DNA of 64,000 nucleotides from Candidatus Woesebacteria bacterium (GTDB lineage Bacteria; Patescibacteriota; Microgenomatia; UBA8517): assembly GCA_963716475.1 (NCBI GenBank), contig OY970314.1, positions 692,790 through 756,789 of the forward strand, read 5' to 3'. The translations under genes were made by a program, and so were the position numbers. Shown in pieces: positions 9,901 to 20,001 of this stretch. The stretch's first letter is position 1. Each line of letters begins with the position of its first letter. The notes below the pieces were generated by a model. It was not told where the DNA came from and did no database searches. It saw nothing but the letters and a program-made list of their open reading frames with translations.

Positions 9901-10216
9901 GGAGTTATTTTACAACATTCTTGCTTGCCCAAGAAACCGTTTCAATACTTCTTTGCTTCTCTAAAGAAGTATTGGGAAGAAAGGAGTCCCCGATTGTCCT
10001 TACCAATAATTTCTTAACGTGATTTGTTGAGGAATGATTACCTTCCGGAATTCACCTTCGGCTTCGCTCAGGTTCAGTTCCGGCTTTCCTTCCAACAAAT
10101 CACTAAAGTTATTAGGAGCGGACAAAAGGGGTTTATAGTCGCAAAAAGCCAGAGTGGATTTTGGAGGATTGAAAACATAACCAACTTCGTTGTCAAATTT
10201 CCAAAGGCGACTGAGG

Positions 10217-12604
10217 CTAAAAAATAGAGTGGGTTGCAGGTCTTTCTCTGTTCAGATAGGATTTTCCGATTTCGACAACAATCAGATATGTTAGCGTAAT
10301 TGCTATCAGGAATCCAAAGTAAAGGCCGGGAAGCGGGGTAAAACCAAGATAAGCAGCAAGCGGACTGAAAGGCAAATATAATCCCACCAGCACTACTCCT
10401 AAACAAGTTGCCAAAAACGGCAAGCTGGGTTTACTTTTCCAAAACGGAATTTTTCTGGTTCTGATCACAAAAACAACCAAGACTTCCGTAATAAATGAAG
10501 TTACAAACCACCCCGTCTGGAATAAACTTCCCCTCGCATGAAAAACAAAATACATAACGGCAAAAGTCAGAAAATCATATATCGTCCCTATCAAACCAAA
10601 AAGAATCATAAAACGTTTAATGTAGCTTATATCCCAACTTTTTGGACGAAGTATCTGGTCAGCATCAACCCTGTCGGTCGGAATCGAGGTCTGCGAAACG
10701 TCATACATAATATCATTGAGTAAAAGTTGGACCGGAGTCATCGGTAAGAACGGCAAAATAATAGACGCCGCTGCCGCACTCACCATGTTTCCAAAACTGC
10801 TGCTTGTCCCCATCAGGATATACTTAATTGTATTTTGAAAAGTAATCCGGCCTTCTTTGATTCCATCGGCAATAACTCCGAGATTTTTTCTTAGAAGAAC
10901 AATGGAAGCCGCATCTTTAGCAACATCCACCGCTGTGTTAACCGATATTCCCACATCGGCTATGTGTAGTGCAGGGCCGTCGTTTACACCGTCCCCCAGA
11001 AAACCGATTGTGTGGTTTCCTTTTTTCAGAGCCTGAATGATTCTCACTTTTTGCGAAGGAGTAATTCTTGCAAAAATATCTGTTTCCCAAACTTTCCTTT
11101 CCAACTCTGTGTCGCTCATTCTTTCAACCTCGGAACTGCTCATCACCTTTTTATAATTAAAACCAACGTCTCTGGAAATCTTTTCGGCAACCAGTTCGCT
11201 GTCCCCTGTCACAATTTTGATATCCACTCCCAAGTTTTCAAATTTCTTAAAGTCTTCCGCCATGTCACGCTTGGGAACATCCGCAAAATTTATAAATCCT
11301 CCAAAATTCAAATCCTTAAATTCACTTTTAATCAGTTTCGGATTAAAATCTTTAATCTCTTTTGAGGCAACCGCAATTACTCTTAAGCCCTGCTTTTGCA
11401 AATCTACCGACAGCTTTTCAATCTTTTTCCTCCCGGCTTCGCCTGCATTTATACGTGCGATTATCGCCTCCGGAGAACCCTTGCATATCAGAACTTTTTT
11501 ATCTCCAACCCTGACGGCACTAGACATAAACCTGTTCTCAAAATTAAAGGGCATCTCAAAAAGTTTCTCGGGTTTGTCCCTAATCTTTATGTCCTTCGAT
11601 TCGGCAAAATCTATAATAGCTTTATCTATAGAATCTGCCGTTATTTGTCCGTGAGTAAAACCTGAATTGCATATCAGGCCAAGATTGATAACCTCAGGAT
11701 TTTCCTTCCCAAATACGTCCTGATACGAACTTAGGGAAATGGTTCCCTCCGTTAGAGTCCCTGTTTTATCGGTACAAAATACCTCCATGTTTCCAAGGTC
11801 TTCAATCGAAACAAACTGTTTGACTATAACTTCCTTCTTTGCCAACTTTTTTGACCCATAAGAAAGGCTTAGCGTTACGATAAGGGGTAAAAGTTCCGGA
11901 GTAATTCCCATGGCGACAGTAAGAGCAAAAAGAATAGTCCCGATAATCGGGTGGTGTAAAAACCAACCAAAAGCAATTACGGCAACTACAGTTACACCCG
12001 CAATCCGTGCAAGAAGAGTACTAAAATCTCTAAGTCCTTTTTGAAATTCGGTAAGAGGCCGTGCTTTCCCCACCAATTCCGATATCTTTCCATATTTCGT
12101 ATCCATCCCGATTGCGGTGACTATTCCCTGGGCGTTTCCACTGGTAACGGCAGTACCCATATAAACCCTATCTCCGTCCTTTTTATATACGGGCAGAGAC
12201 TCTCCGGTAATAATCGATTCATTAATTTCCAAATCTTCCGAAACAGACAGGCGAATATCGGCCGGAACTATCAATCCGGGACGCAGAAAAATTTCATCCC
12301 CGATCAATATTTGAGTGGCCGGTATTATTTTTTCTACTCCCCCTCTTTTGACATTAACAATAAACGAAATTCTTTTAATGAGATCGTTTACGACTTTTTC
12401 AGCCTGGTATTCGTTCCAAAAACCCAGGATTATGGAAAGCGTCATGACTATCCAAATTGCAAAGGCTTCGGTTTTTTGCCCGAGAAGAAACGCAACTATT
12501 GTGGAAATAATAAAAACCAAAAGAAGCGGATTTTTAAATTGCCGCAAAAACACAGTCCAGGCATTAAATTTCCGGCGTTTTATCTCGTTGGTTGTTGCAG
12601 CCAT
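10217..12604 (-). CDS. P-type cation-transporting ATPase (P2/P3-like, Mg/Ca type)
   Basis: 795 aa; DKTGTLT phosphorylation motif, GDGVNDGPAL hinge motif, 10 TM topology. Confidence 0.85.
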   Translation of the reverse strand: MAATTNEIKRRKFNAWTVFLRQFKNPLLLVFIISTIVAFLLGQKTEAFAIWIVMTLSIILGFWNEYQAEKVVNDLIKRISFIVNVKRGGVEKIIPATQILIGDEIFLRPGLIVPADIRLSVSEDLEINESIITGESLPVYKKDGDRVYMGTAVTSGNAQGIVTAIGMDTKYGKISELVGKARPLTEFQKGLRDFSTLLARIAGVTVVAVIAFGWFLHHPIIGTILFALTVAMGITPELLPLIVTLSLSYGSKKLAKKEVIVKQFVSIEDLGNMEVFCTDKTGTLTEGTISLSSYQDVFGKENPEVINLGLICNSGFTHGQITADSIDKAIIDFAESKDIKIRDKPEKLFEMPFNFENRFMSSAVRVGDKKVLICKGSPEAIIARINAGEAGRKKIEKLSVDLQKQGLRVIAVASKEIKDFNPKLIKSEFKDLNFGGFINFADVPKRDMAEDFKKFENLGVDIKIVTGDSELVAEKISRDVGFNYKKVMSSSEVERMSDTELERKVWETDIFARITPSQKVRIIQALKKGNHTIGFLGDGVNDGPALHIADVGISVNTAVDVAKDAASIVLLRKNLGVIADGIKEGRITFQNTIKYILMGTSSSFGNMVSAAAASIILPFLPMTPVQLLLNDIMYDVSQTSIPTDRVDADQILRPKSWDISYIKRFMILFGLIGTIYDFLTFAVMYFVFHARGSLFQTGWFVTSFITEVLVVFVIRTRKIPFWKSKPSLPFLATCLGVVLVGLYLPFSPLAAYLGFTPLPGLYFGFLIAITLTYLIVVEIGKSYLNRERPATHSIF

Positions 12605-12616
12605 CTTAAAGTAATT

Positions 12617-14143
12617 CTAATCCACTTTAGGACGATACTGAAGAGCTTCGGCGATATGGATTGAGGAAATTTTGGGCTCCCCTGCCAAATCGGCAATTGT
12701 TCTGGCAATTTTAATTACTTTAAAATAACCTCTGGCGGAAAGATTCATGGTCGAAAGTGCGCTGGTTAAGATTGTCCGGGAGCTTTCATCCATCCCGCAG
12801 TACTTTTTGATGTCACGGGTGGACATCTCCGAATTTGACTTGATACGGCTTCCTTTAAATCTTTTTAACTGAAACTCACGGGCTTTCTGAACTCTTTTTT
12901 GTATTACTTTAGATGTTTCTCTTCTTTCTTTATTCTCACCAACCAATTTTTGCGTTTCCACGGAAGGGACATCTATATGGATGTCAATCCTATCCAAAAT
13001 CGGACCCGAAATTCTTTTTTGATATCTGGTTATCATTCCGGGCAGGCAGGTGCAGGGCCGCTTTGTATCCCCAAAATATCCGCAGGGACAGGGGTTACTG
13101 GCTGCCACCAATAAAAACTGGGCAGGATATGTAAAAGATCCCTTGGCCCGGGAAATTGTGACAACCCCATCCTCCATCGGTTGCCGGAGAGATTCCAAAA
13201 CATGTCTGGGAAATTCGGGAAACTCATCCAAAAAAAGTACACCTCTGTGACTCAGGGAAATTTCTCCCGGCATCGGGCTTCCGCCTCCTCCGATTAGACC
13301 AATTCTACTTGTCGTATGATGCGGACTCCTGAAAGGCCTCTTTGTTACAATTGCTTCACCCTCTGAAAGGTTACCTGTAATTGAATAAATTTTTGTTACC
13401 TCAAGAGCTTCGTCCTCCGTCAGGGTCGGTAAAATTCCCGGCATTGCCCGGGCAAGCATTGTTTTACCGGAACCCGGAGTTCCCCGTAGAAAGATATTAT
13501 GGCTCCCCGCGGCGGCAATTTCCAAAGCCCGCTTTGCCTGTTCCTGACCGATAACTTCCGAAAAGTCAAACTCCGCATCACTTTTTACCAGCAAGCTTTT
13601 GAGATTAATCTTTGGGGCAGGGGCAATTTCAATAGTTTTGGCGAAAAACCTAACCAGAGAAAGCAAAGACTCAACTGAATAAACATCCACTCCGGAAACT
13701 ACAGCCGCTTCTTTTTCATTAATTTTCGGAATGAATATTTTTTTGAACTTCTTCTCCTTGGCAAGATAGGCCATGGAAAGAATTCCGTTTGTGTGACGCA
13801 AAGATCCATCGAGAGAGAGTTCGCCAAAAAATAGTGAATCGGACACGTCAGGTGCAATTTGCCCGGAGGCAATTAGTATGCCAAGAGCCATGGGCAGGTC
13901 ATAGGCCGGACCCATTTTAGGCAGATCTGCCGGGGCAAGGTTAACTGTAATTCTACTTATCGGGAAATCCGCCCCCGAATTTTTGATGGCACTTCTGACT
14001 CTTTCTTTTGATTCCTCAACAGCCTTATCGGGTAGTCCAACAATCGTAAATGAGGGAAGGCCCTGGCTTGCGATATCAACTTCAACATCTATCAACGTCG
14101 CTTTTAGTCCAACGACAGCACCGGAAGTTATCTTGGCAAGCAT
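12617..14143 (-). CDS. comM: YifB/ComM family Mg-chelatase-like AAA+ ATPase
   Basis: 508 aa; N-terminal Lon-protease-like domain, Walker A GTPGSGKT, C-terminal ChlI-type domain. Confidence 0.85.
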   Translation of the reverse strand: MLAKITSGAVVGLKATLIDVEVDIASQGLPSFTIVGLPDKAVEESKERVRSAIKNSGADFPISRITVNLAPADLPKMGPAYDLPMALGILIASGQIAPDVSDSLFFGELSLDGSLRHTNGILSMAYLAKEKKFKKIFIPKINEKEAAVVSGVDVYSVESLLSLVRFFAKTIEIAPAPKINLKSLLVKSDAEFDFSEVIGQEQAKRALEIAAAGSHNIFLRGTPGSGKTMLARAMPGILPTLTEDEALEVTKIYSITGNLSEGEAIVTKRPFRSPHHTTSRIGLIGGGGSPMPGEISLSHRGVLFLDEFPEFPRHVLESLRQPMEDGVVTISRAKGSFTYPAQFLLVAASNPCPCGYFGDTKRPCTCLPGMITRYQKRISGPILDRIDIHIDVPSVETQKLVGENKERRETSKVIQKRVQKAREFQLKRFKGSRIKSNSEMSTRDIKKYCGMDESSRTILTSALSTMNLSARGYFKVIKIARTIADLAGEPKISSIHIAEALQYRPKVD

Positions 14144-14206
14144 ATATTTCAGAATATCATAATGTTTCGAAACAATGATACATATTCACCAAAAAGTCTG
14201 AAATCC

Positions 14207-14229
14207 GGGTTGATTTCTGCTATAATAGT
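14207..14229 (+). promoter_or_regulatory. Extended -10 promoter for rnpB
   Basis: TGcTATAAT at 14218-14226, about 7 nt upstream of the predicted RNase P RNA 5' end. Confidence 0.45.
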
Positions 14230-14231
14230 CC

Positions 14232-14548
14232 CACTCTGGAGAAAGGATGATCGCCGTTTGTAGCATCAAAACTACAGATGGAGGAAAGTCCAGGCAGCAG
14301 AAAGCAGGGTGCCGGGCGCAAGCCCGGGACAGGTTCAGGGAGACCTGAGCTTGGCCAGTACAGAGCCACAGAGACTATGTCGGTTCTTCTACCCTAAAGG
14401 TAGAAGAAAACGAGTGAAAAGGGGCAATCCTCCCCGCTGCAACCTCCGAAAGAGACGTTATTAGGGGCTTTCCCGAGTCTCAAGGTCAGAGGGCATTAGA
14501 CAGATGATCGTCGAGAAACAGAACCTGGCTTACTAATCTTCAGAGTAT
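14232..14548 (+). ncRNA. rnpB: RNase P RNA (bacterial type A, compact)
   Basis: P4 halves GGAAAGUCCAGGC and ACAGAACCUGGCUUA; P1 pairing between CUCUGGAGA at the 5' end and UCUUCAGAG at the 3' end; located in an ORF-free 560 nt gap. Confidence 0.85.
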
Positions 14549-14555
14549 TTGGACA

Positions 14556-14586
14556 AACCCCACCGAAAGGTGGGGTTTTCCGTTTA
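14556..14586 (+). terminator. Rho-independent terminator of rnpB
   Basis: aaaccccaccgaaaggtggggtttt: 7 bp GC-rich stem, GAAA loop, followed by a T-run. Confidence 0.7.
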
Positions 14587-14704
14587 TATACTCTGAAGTT
14601 AGCCAAGAATTTTGAGGAAACGAAAAATTCTTACTGTTCTTCAGAGAACAAATCTTTTATTCCTTAGGCGATTGGGAGCAACAAGGGAGCGGACTCGGGA
14701 GAAT

Positions 14705-15682
14705 TTATTCCTTGGATATTAAGTATTCTTTAACCAAAACCTGAAGGGTTATTACAAAGGGAACCGAAATAATAACTCCCATTATTCCTAAAAGTCTGGC
14801 ACCGATGGCGATGGAAATTAAAACCACGAGAGGTGAAACCCCAACCGACTTTTCCATAATTTTGGGTACCAAAATATAACCTTCAAGCTGGTGAACCAAA
14901 AACGAGACAGCGGTTACGGCAAGCCCGACTACGGGAGAAATGCCAAAACCGATCAGTATTGCAGGAATTGCGGCAACAATAGGGCCCAAAATCGGAATTA
15001 TGTCCAAAATTCCGGATAATATCGCAAGGGGAAGGGCAAAAGGAATCCCGATCAGAAAAAGTCCGATATATGTTGCAAGCCCCACCAAAAACATCAAAAA
15101 GAGTTGCCCTCTCGCCCACTTGCCGATTTTGTTTTCCCATGCATCCATAAATCTTCCTATTTGTTGTTTTTTAGTCTGCCCGAATAAGAATCCCGCTTGA
15201 TCCTTAAGTTTGTCATGGGACAAAAGCAAATAAAAAGCAAAAACCAAAACAGTCACAAGAGATACGATATTTGAAAATATTGAAACGGTAAAATTCACAA
15301 TTTCTCCCGGTATTGCTCCCAACTGAGTCAAGACCCCTCCGGTAAGGTTTCCTGTAAGTGAAGAGTTAACACCGATTTTTGCAAGATAAGCGGGCAAAGC
15401 ATTAACGAAATTTGTTGTTTGCTGTGCAAGAGTCGGGGCAATGAGGGCAATAACTCCGCCCAAAGCACCAAGGACGAGTATGTAGGTAATAAGAACCGAG
15501 ACGGCTCTGGGAATTTTAATTCTGGTTAAAAGAGTCACAAATGGTCCAAGGATCGTCATAAGAAGTAAGGCCACAAAAAGCTGCAAAATAATATCGCGGA
15601 TAAAATACAAAAACCAAAGCCCTAAAAGAAACAGGACCGTAAAAACCACTGTTCTGTGGGATATTTCGACCTTTTTCAACAT
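14705..15682 (-). CDS. AI-2E family transporter (UPF0118 / PerM-like)
   Basis: 325 aa, 8 TM, characteristic AI-2E family topology and sequence. Confidence 0.7.
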   Translation of the reverse strand: MLKKVEISHRTVVFTVLFLLGLWFLYFIRDIILQLFVALLLMTILGPFVTLLTRIKIPRAVSVLITYILVLGALGGVIALIAPTLAQQTTNFVNALPAYLAKIGVNSSLTGNLTGGVLTQLGAIPGEIVNFTVSIFSNIVSLVTVLVFAFYLLLSHDKLKDQAGFLFGQTKKQQIGRFMDAWENKIGKWARGQLFLMFLVGLATYIGLFLIGIPFALPLAILSGILDIIPILGPIVAAIPAILIGFGISPVVGLAVTAVSFLVHQLEGYILVPKIMEKSVGVSPLVVLISIAIGARLLGIMGVIISVPFVITLQVLVKEYLISKE

Positions 15683-15687
15683 TTGTA

Positions 15688-16665
15688 TTATTCTACTCTA
15701 CCCGTAGAATACCATTTTTCGACCGATTTTTCTACATTTTTGGGGCAACCCGAAGCGGCAATGTCAAACCAGTGAATGCGTTTATCCTTCTTAAACCAAA
15801 CCATTTGCCTTCTAACATATTTCTTTTCCTCATCTTCCCAATCTTGGATAACTTCCGCCTCACTCCTTCTTCCGGCAAAATATTCTTTCCACTGCCTGTA
15901 ACCCATTGAGGACATCGAGGGCATGTCCCAAGTGACGTGTTTCTTCAAAAGATCCTGAACTTCTTTTTTAATCCCGGCCTTTACTCTCTGAGCAACCCTC
16001 AATTTGATCCTTTCCGATACGAATCTTTCCGGAGCGGTAAGACCAACCAAATAAACTATAAAGTCTTTTTTCTTAGTCTCCATTACTTTCTCTTTTTTAA
16101 CATTATTGATTTTCCACATAGCCACCTCAATCGCGCGGATCAGGCGCCTTGGATTCTTTTTGTCGGAAAAGTTCATCTGACCTGCTTTGAAGGAATCCAG
16201 TTGTGCCAGCTTTTCAAACAGCTCCCCGGTATTCTTTCCTTCGAGGTTTTTTCTTAACAAAATATTTTTGGGGATCGATGCCGTGGGGATACCATCCACA
16301 ACCCCCTTAATATATAGGCCTGTTCCCCCAACCAGAATCGGAGACTTGCCTCTTTTTAGAATATCTGAAATTATTCTTCCGGCAAATTTAATATACTGGG
16401 CAACACTAAACTCGTGACGAGGATCTGCAAGATCATATCCCCAAATTTTTATGCCATCAATTTCATAATAACCATATTTTTTAAACCATGGCAATTTTAT
16501 TTTCGCTCCTTTCGGAAGATCTTTTCCGGTTCCGATATCCATACCCTTATATACTTGCCGTGAATCGGCGGAGATAAGTTCCCCGTTAAATTTTTTAGCC
16601 AGGTCAATCGCCATGGTCGTCTTACCTGTTGAAGTCGGTCCGCAAATAACTAAAAGCTTGTTCAT
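15688..16665 (-). CDS. miaA: tRNA dimethylallyltransferase
   Basis: P-loop GPTSTGKT at N-terminus, SADSRQVYKGMDIGT motif. Confidence 0.85.
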   Translation of the reverse strand: MNKLLVICGPTSTGKTTMAIDLAKKFNGELISADSRQVYKGMDIGTGKDLPKGAKIKLPWFKKYGYYEIDGIKIWGYDLADPRHEFSVAQYIKFAGRIISDILKRGKSPILVGGTGLYIKGVVDGIPTASIPKNILLRKNLEGKNTGELFEKLAQLDSFKAGQMNFSDKKNPRRLIRAIEVAMWKINNVKKEKVMETKKKDFIVYLVGLTAPERFVSERIKLRVAQRVKAGIKKEVQDLLKKHVTWDMPSMSSMGYRQWKEYFAGRRSEAEVIQDWEDEEKKYVRRQMVWFKKDKRIHWFDIAASGCPKNVEKSVEKWYSTGRVE

Positions 16666-16670
16666 TTTTT

Positions 16671-17480
16671 TTAGCTGCTGGCACTACTGTATTTAGTCAG
16701 GGCGTAATTCCAAAATCTAAAAGCGATAAATAGGGCAACCGCTCCAACCAAAAACGCCAACAGTATCCCGAGAGGACCGACCATCCCCATTGCCGCTTTT
16801 GCCGGAAGAGTAATCATTATCCCCACAGGTACCAGGTAAGTTAAAAATGCCTGCAAAGGCTGCTTATAAATATCGACGGGAAGCCGGCCCAAACTTGTTA
16901 GATCCCGATAAATCATCACTGTATGATCCACCTCAAGTGTAATAACAGCAAAAGAAAGAACGATTATATGGAATGCGGTGGCTATTAAAAATCCGTTCAG
17001 CAGAAGTAGTAAATAGAGAAAACTGCTTAGAACCGTCGGATGGAGAAGGGCACCTACATAAATGGTCGCAAAAATCAGGGGCGGAATGGTAATCAGGTCA
17101 ATTACGTCCGCTCCTCCCATTAGAACTCTGAAAAGCGCATTCAGGGGTTTTACCAGGACCAAGTCAAAATCCCCGTTTATTATCATCGGTCTGAAGTTGT
17201 AAACCTCTCTGAATAAAAATTGTGTAATTACATCAACGATGTTAAAAGTCAGAAAGAAAAATACAATTTGGTTACTTGAATAACCGGCCAATGTTTTTGT
17301 CCCGAGCAGTAAAAAATATAAGAAACCAAAAAAGAAAACAAACCTGAACACTTTCCCTATCAAAAAGACCGAAAGGGCAAGTTTCTGGCCAATAACCATG
17401 GAAAAAGAATTCCGGCTCATAAGCCACCAAATTTTTAAATATTTCTTTATCATCATATGTGGATATATTTTTTTGACCAT
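16671..17480 (-). CDS. ABC-2 family transporter permease
   Basis: 269 aa, 6 TM; sits in an operon with an ABC ATPase. Confidence 0.6.
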   Translation of the reverse strand: MVKKIYPHMMIKKYLKIWWLMSRNSFSMVIGQKLALSVFLIGKVFRFVFFFGFLYFLLLGTKTLAGYSSNQIVFFFLTFNIVDVITQFLFREVYNFRPMIINGDFDLVLVKPLNALFRVLMGGADVIDLITIPPLIFATIYVGALLHPTVLSSFLYLLLLLNGFLIATAFHIIVLSFAVITLEVDHTVMIYRDLTSLGRLPVDIYKQPLQAFLTYLVPVGIMITLPAKAAMGMVGPLGILLAFLVGAVALFIAFRFWNYALTKYSSASS

Positions 17481-17485
17481 ATTTA

Positions 17486-18292
17486 TTACCTCCCAAATGC
17501 TTGGTAAGCCTTAAGCCCCTTTTGCCAAATAAAGTTCAGGCCAAACCACAAAACTCCGGCCCATGCGACAGCAATCATTAAACCTCCTACCAGAGCTGCG
17601 CCGTTTATGTTTCCTAAGTAAACCTCAACCGGAAAATAAATCAGGTACGGGAAAGGAGTTGCCATAACCAGCGATTGAAGTAGACCGGGCAAAATATTTA
17701 TCGGAAAGAGGGCACCCGAAAAAGCCTCGATTATCACTACCGTAACCAAAAAATGGGAACCCCAGCCGATTTCAGGCGCCCAAAAAGGTATTGAGCTGAC
17801 CAAAAAAAGCAGGAAGAAATATATAAGGATTGCCAAAATAATACTTATCGAAAAAGCAAATAGCGCCAAAAAACTTCCCTGAAAGAAAAAGGGGGGTTTC
17901 AAAATTACAAAAAGAGCTGCAAATTCGACCACCGCAAATATCAGGTTTAAGGCTTTACTGGAAACGTCTCTGGTAAACCAATATTTAAAATAACTCAAGG
18001 GTTTTAGAAGATAATTGGAAAGATCCCCCTGCGCGATATCACTTGATACATCCATGGCGCGGGCTGAAAAAACCAAAGCCCTGACTATCATAATCCCAAA
18101 AACGTAGGTAAGAATTTTCGCCCTGTCGTAGCCGAATATTTGAGTCCCCGGATCGGCAAATACCGTGCTCCAAAGGAAATAAGTTAAAAGTATTTGAAAA
18201 ACATTCCGGACTCTCCAGAGAATAAAATTCAAGCGGTAGGCAAACTCTTGCTGAAAAGAGATCCGAAAAATACTCCAATACTTATTCATCAC
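17486..18292 (-). CDS. ABC-2 family transporter permease
   Basis: 268 aa, 6 TM, paralogous arrangement with the neighbouring permease. Confidence 0.6.
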   Translation of the reverse strand: MMNKYWSIFRISFQQEFAYRLNFILWRVRNVFQILLTYFLWSTVFADPGTQIFGYDRAKILTYVFGIMIVRALVFSARAMDVSSDIAQGDLSNYLLKPLSYFKYWFTRDVSSKALNLIFAVVEFAALFVILKPPFFFQGSFLALFAFSISIILAILIYFFLLFLVSSIPFWAPEIGWGSHFLVTVVIIEAFSGALFPINILPGLLQSLVMATPFPYLIYFPVEVYLGNINGAALVGGLMIAVAWAGVLWFGLNFIWQKGLKAYQAFGR

Positions 18293-18368
18293 GTTAGAGA
18301 AACACTTTTTAAAAAAGATATGTACATCTTTCTATTAATCTCCTTAAGACACCATTCTCTAACGTGAT

Positions 18369-19355
18369 TCATTTTTTAAGACCGCTCTTAAATGCCTTAC
18401 GGATTACGTCCTCTATTGGGATTTCTTCGATCGTCAGGTCATCTACGGGAAAGTTCTGAAGAAGTTCCGAAGCGGCGACGGCTGTTGCCGCGCGGGGAAC
18501 CGACAAAATTACCTGAGGAAAAACAAGCTTTTTAACTTTACCGATCTTTTCGATATCTGCAATTCCATCCTCTCTGGAAAGGGTCGCTTTTATAATTTTT
18601 TCTTTGGCGTACTTTTCAACCAATTCTTCCAGAGCCCCGTCAAAAAGGATGTGCCCCTCATTAATGACAATCACCCGCCGGGCGAGGTCGGTAAGATCAT
18701 CCATATTGTGGGAGGTAAGAAGAATTGTTGCCCCATATTTACGATTGTAATCATAAATAAAATCCCTCATTTTTTGTTGAGCTATAAGGTCCAGACCGAT
18801 TGTCGGTTCGTCCAAAAACAACACTTTCGGTTTATGAAGAAGCGCCGCGATTAATTCCATCCGCATTCTTTGTCCCAGTGAAAGTTTGCGTACGGAGGTT
18901 TCCAAAAGTTGTCCTACCTCGAGTAATTCCACAAGCTCTTTAAGATTTTCTTCATAAACATGAGTGGGAATCTCATATATCGCCTTATTCAGTTCAAATG
19001 TTTCGATTGCGGGAAGGTCCCACCAAAGTTGATTTTTCTGCCCCATGACCAGAGAAATCTGCTTTAAAAATTCGGGTTTACGTTCCCAGGGGTCATATTC
19101 CAAAACCTCGACAAAACCGCTGGTCGGATAAAGCAAACCCGATAGGGTTTTTAGAGTTGTGGTTTTCCCTGCCCCGTTCGGGCCGATAAATCCGACAAGT
19201 TCCCCGGGTTGGATCGTAAATGAAACCCCTCTTAATGCATGAACTTCTTTTTTCTTGGGAGAAAAAAGAGATTTAACGGCACCGGCAATTCCCGGTTCTT
19301 TTTCGGTTATTTCAAAATTTTTGACTAGGCCGTCAACAATAATCGCACGGTTCAT
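18369..19355 (-). CDS. ABC transporter ATP-binding protein
   Basis: Walker A GPNGAGKT, ABC signature LSLGQRMR, Walker B LFLDEPT. Confidence 0.85.
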   Translation of the reverse strand: MNRAIIVDGLVKNFEITEKEPGIAGAVKSLFSPKKKEVHALRGVSFTIQPGELVGFIGPNGAGKTTTLKTLSGLLYPTSGFVEVLEYDPWERKPEFLKQISLVMGQKNQLWWDLPAIETFELNKAIYEIPTHVYEENLKELVELLEVGQLLETSVRKLSLGQRMRMELIAALLHKPKVLFLDEPTIGLDLIAQQKMRDFIYDYNRKYGATILLTSHNMDDLTDLARRVIVINEGHILFDGALEELVEKYAKEKIIKATLSREDGIADIEKIGKVKKLVFPQVILSVPRAATAVAASELLQNFPVDDLTIEEIPIEDVIRKAFKSGLKK

Positions 19356-19382
19356 TAACTGAAGTATAACACTCGCTAATAA

Positions 19383-19658
19383 TTATCTGGAGACTTGTCT
19401 TTTTAGCTTTTTTCCCGGAGTAAAACGCGGGGATCTGTGGGACTTAATCGTAACCATTTTTTCGGTTTTGGGAATTTTAACCGTTTTGCCCTTCATTGTA
19501 ATTACCCTGAAGGTTCCAAATCCGGAAAGAACTACTTTTTCACCTTTTGCTAAGACTCTACCGACTTCATCCAGAAAAACTTCAACGGCTTCTTCCGCGG
19601 CTTTTTTGGTTAAATGGGCTTTCCTCGAAACCTGATCGATTAAATCGGTTTTTGTCAT
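19383..19658 (-). CDS. hup: HU family DNA-binding protein
   Basis: 91 aa from MTKTDLI; HU/IHF fold motifs (GFGTF, RNP arm). Confidence 0.8.
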   Translation of the reverse strand: MTKTDLIDQVSRKAHLTKKAAEEAVEVFLDEVGRVLAKGEKVVLSGFGTFRVITMKGKTVKIPKTEKMVTIKSHRSPRFTPGKKLKRQVSR

Positions 19659-19707
19659 TCTGCGAAGAAGCATAAATGAATGTTTCGAAAATGTCAAGTT
19701 GTCGGGA

Positions 19708-19854
19708 TTATTTGGTAGCGCTGTACTCTATTTCAATTTTGTCATGGTCGGGAATTCTCCCTCCGCCATTTTTAAAATCTTCACCGCGATCAACAATTAC
19801 CACAGGTTGCTGTTCCTGACCGTTAACTTTTATATTTCCTTTTCTTTCTTCCAT
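19708..19854 (-). CDS. Small hypothetical protein (48 aa), not in ORF track
   Basis: MEERKGNIKVNGQEQQPVVIVDRGEDFKNGGGRIPDHDKIEIEYSATK; strong SD AAGGGGGTG 6 nt upstream of the ATG. Confidence 0.45.
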   Translation of the reverse strand: MEERKGNIKVNGQEQQPVVIVDRGEDFKNGGGRIPDHDKIEIEYSATK

Positions 19855-19867
19855 AATATTCACCCCC

Positions 19868-19935
19868 TTTCACGAAAAAGAGCCTTTCGGCTCTTTAAAC
19901 GAAAAAACCGACCTTGGGTCGATTTTTATATTTTT
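19868..19935 (-). terminator. Two tandem hairpin terminators downstream of the polysaccharide deacetylase gene
   Basis: aagagccgaaaggctctt and aaaaccgaccttgggtcgattttt; T-runs on both strands. Confidence 0.45.
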
Positions 19936-20001
19936 CCAGGTTATGCATTTTTTTGCCCCCTGGAATTGAAGTATGGGAAAAACAAAGTTAACTGTCAACC
20001 G

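Noticed and set aside
10024-10406. ORFs 10024..10227 (+) and 10074..10406 (-) between dtd and the P-type ATPase
   Set aside because: The minus-strand ORF overlaps the ATPase 3' end, and neither has a ribosome-binding site or a recognisable domain.
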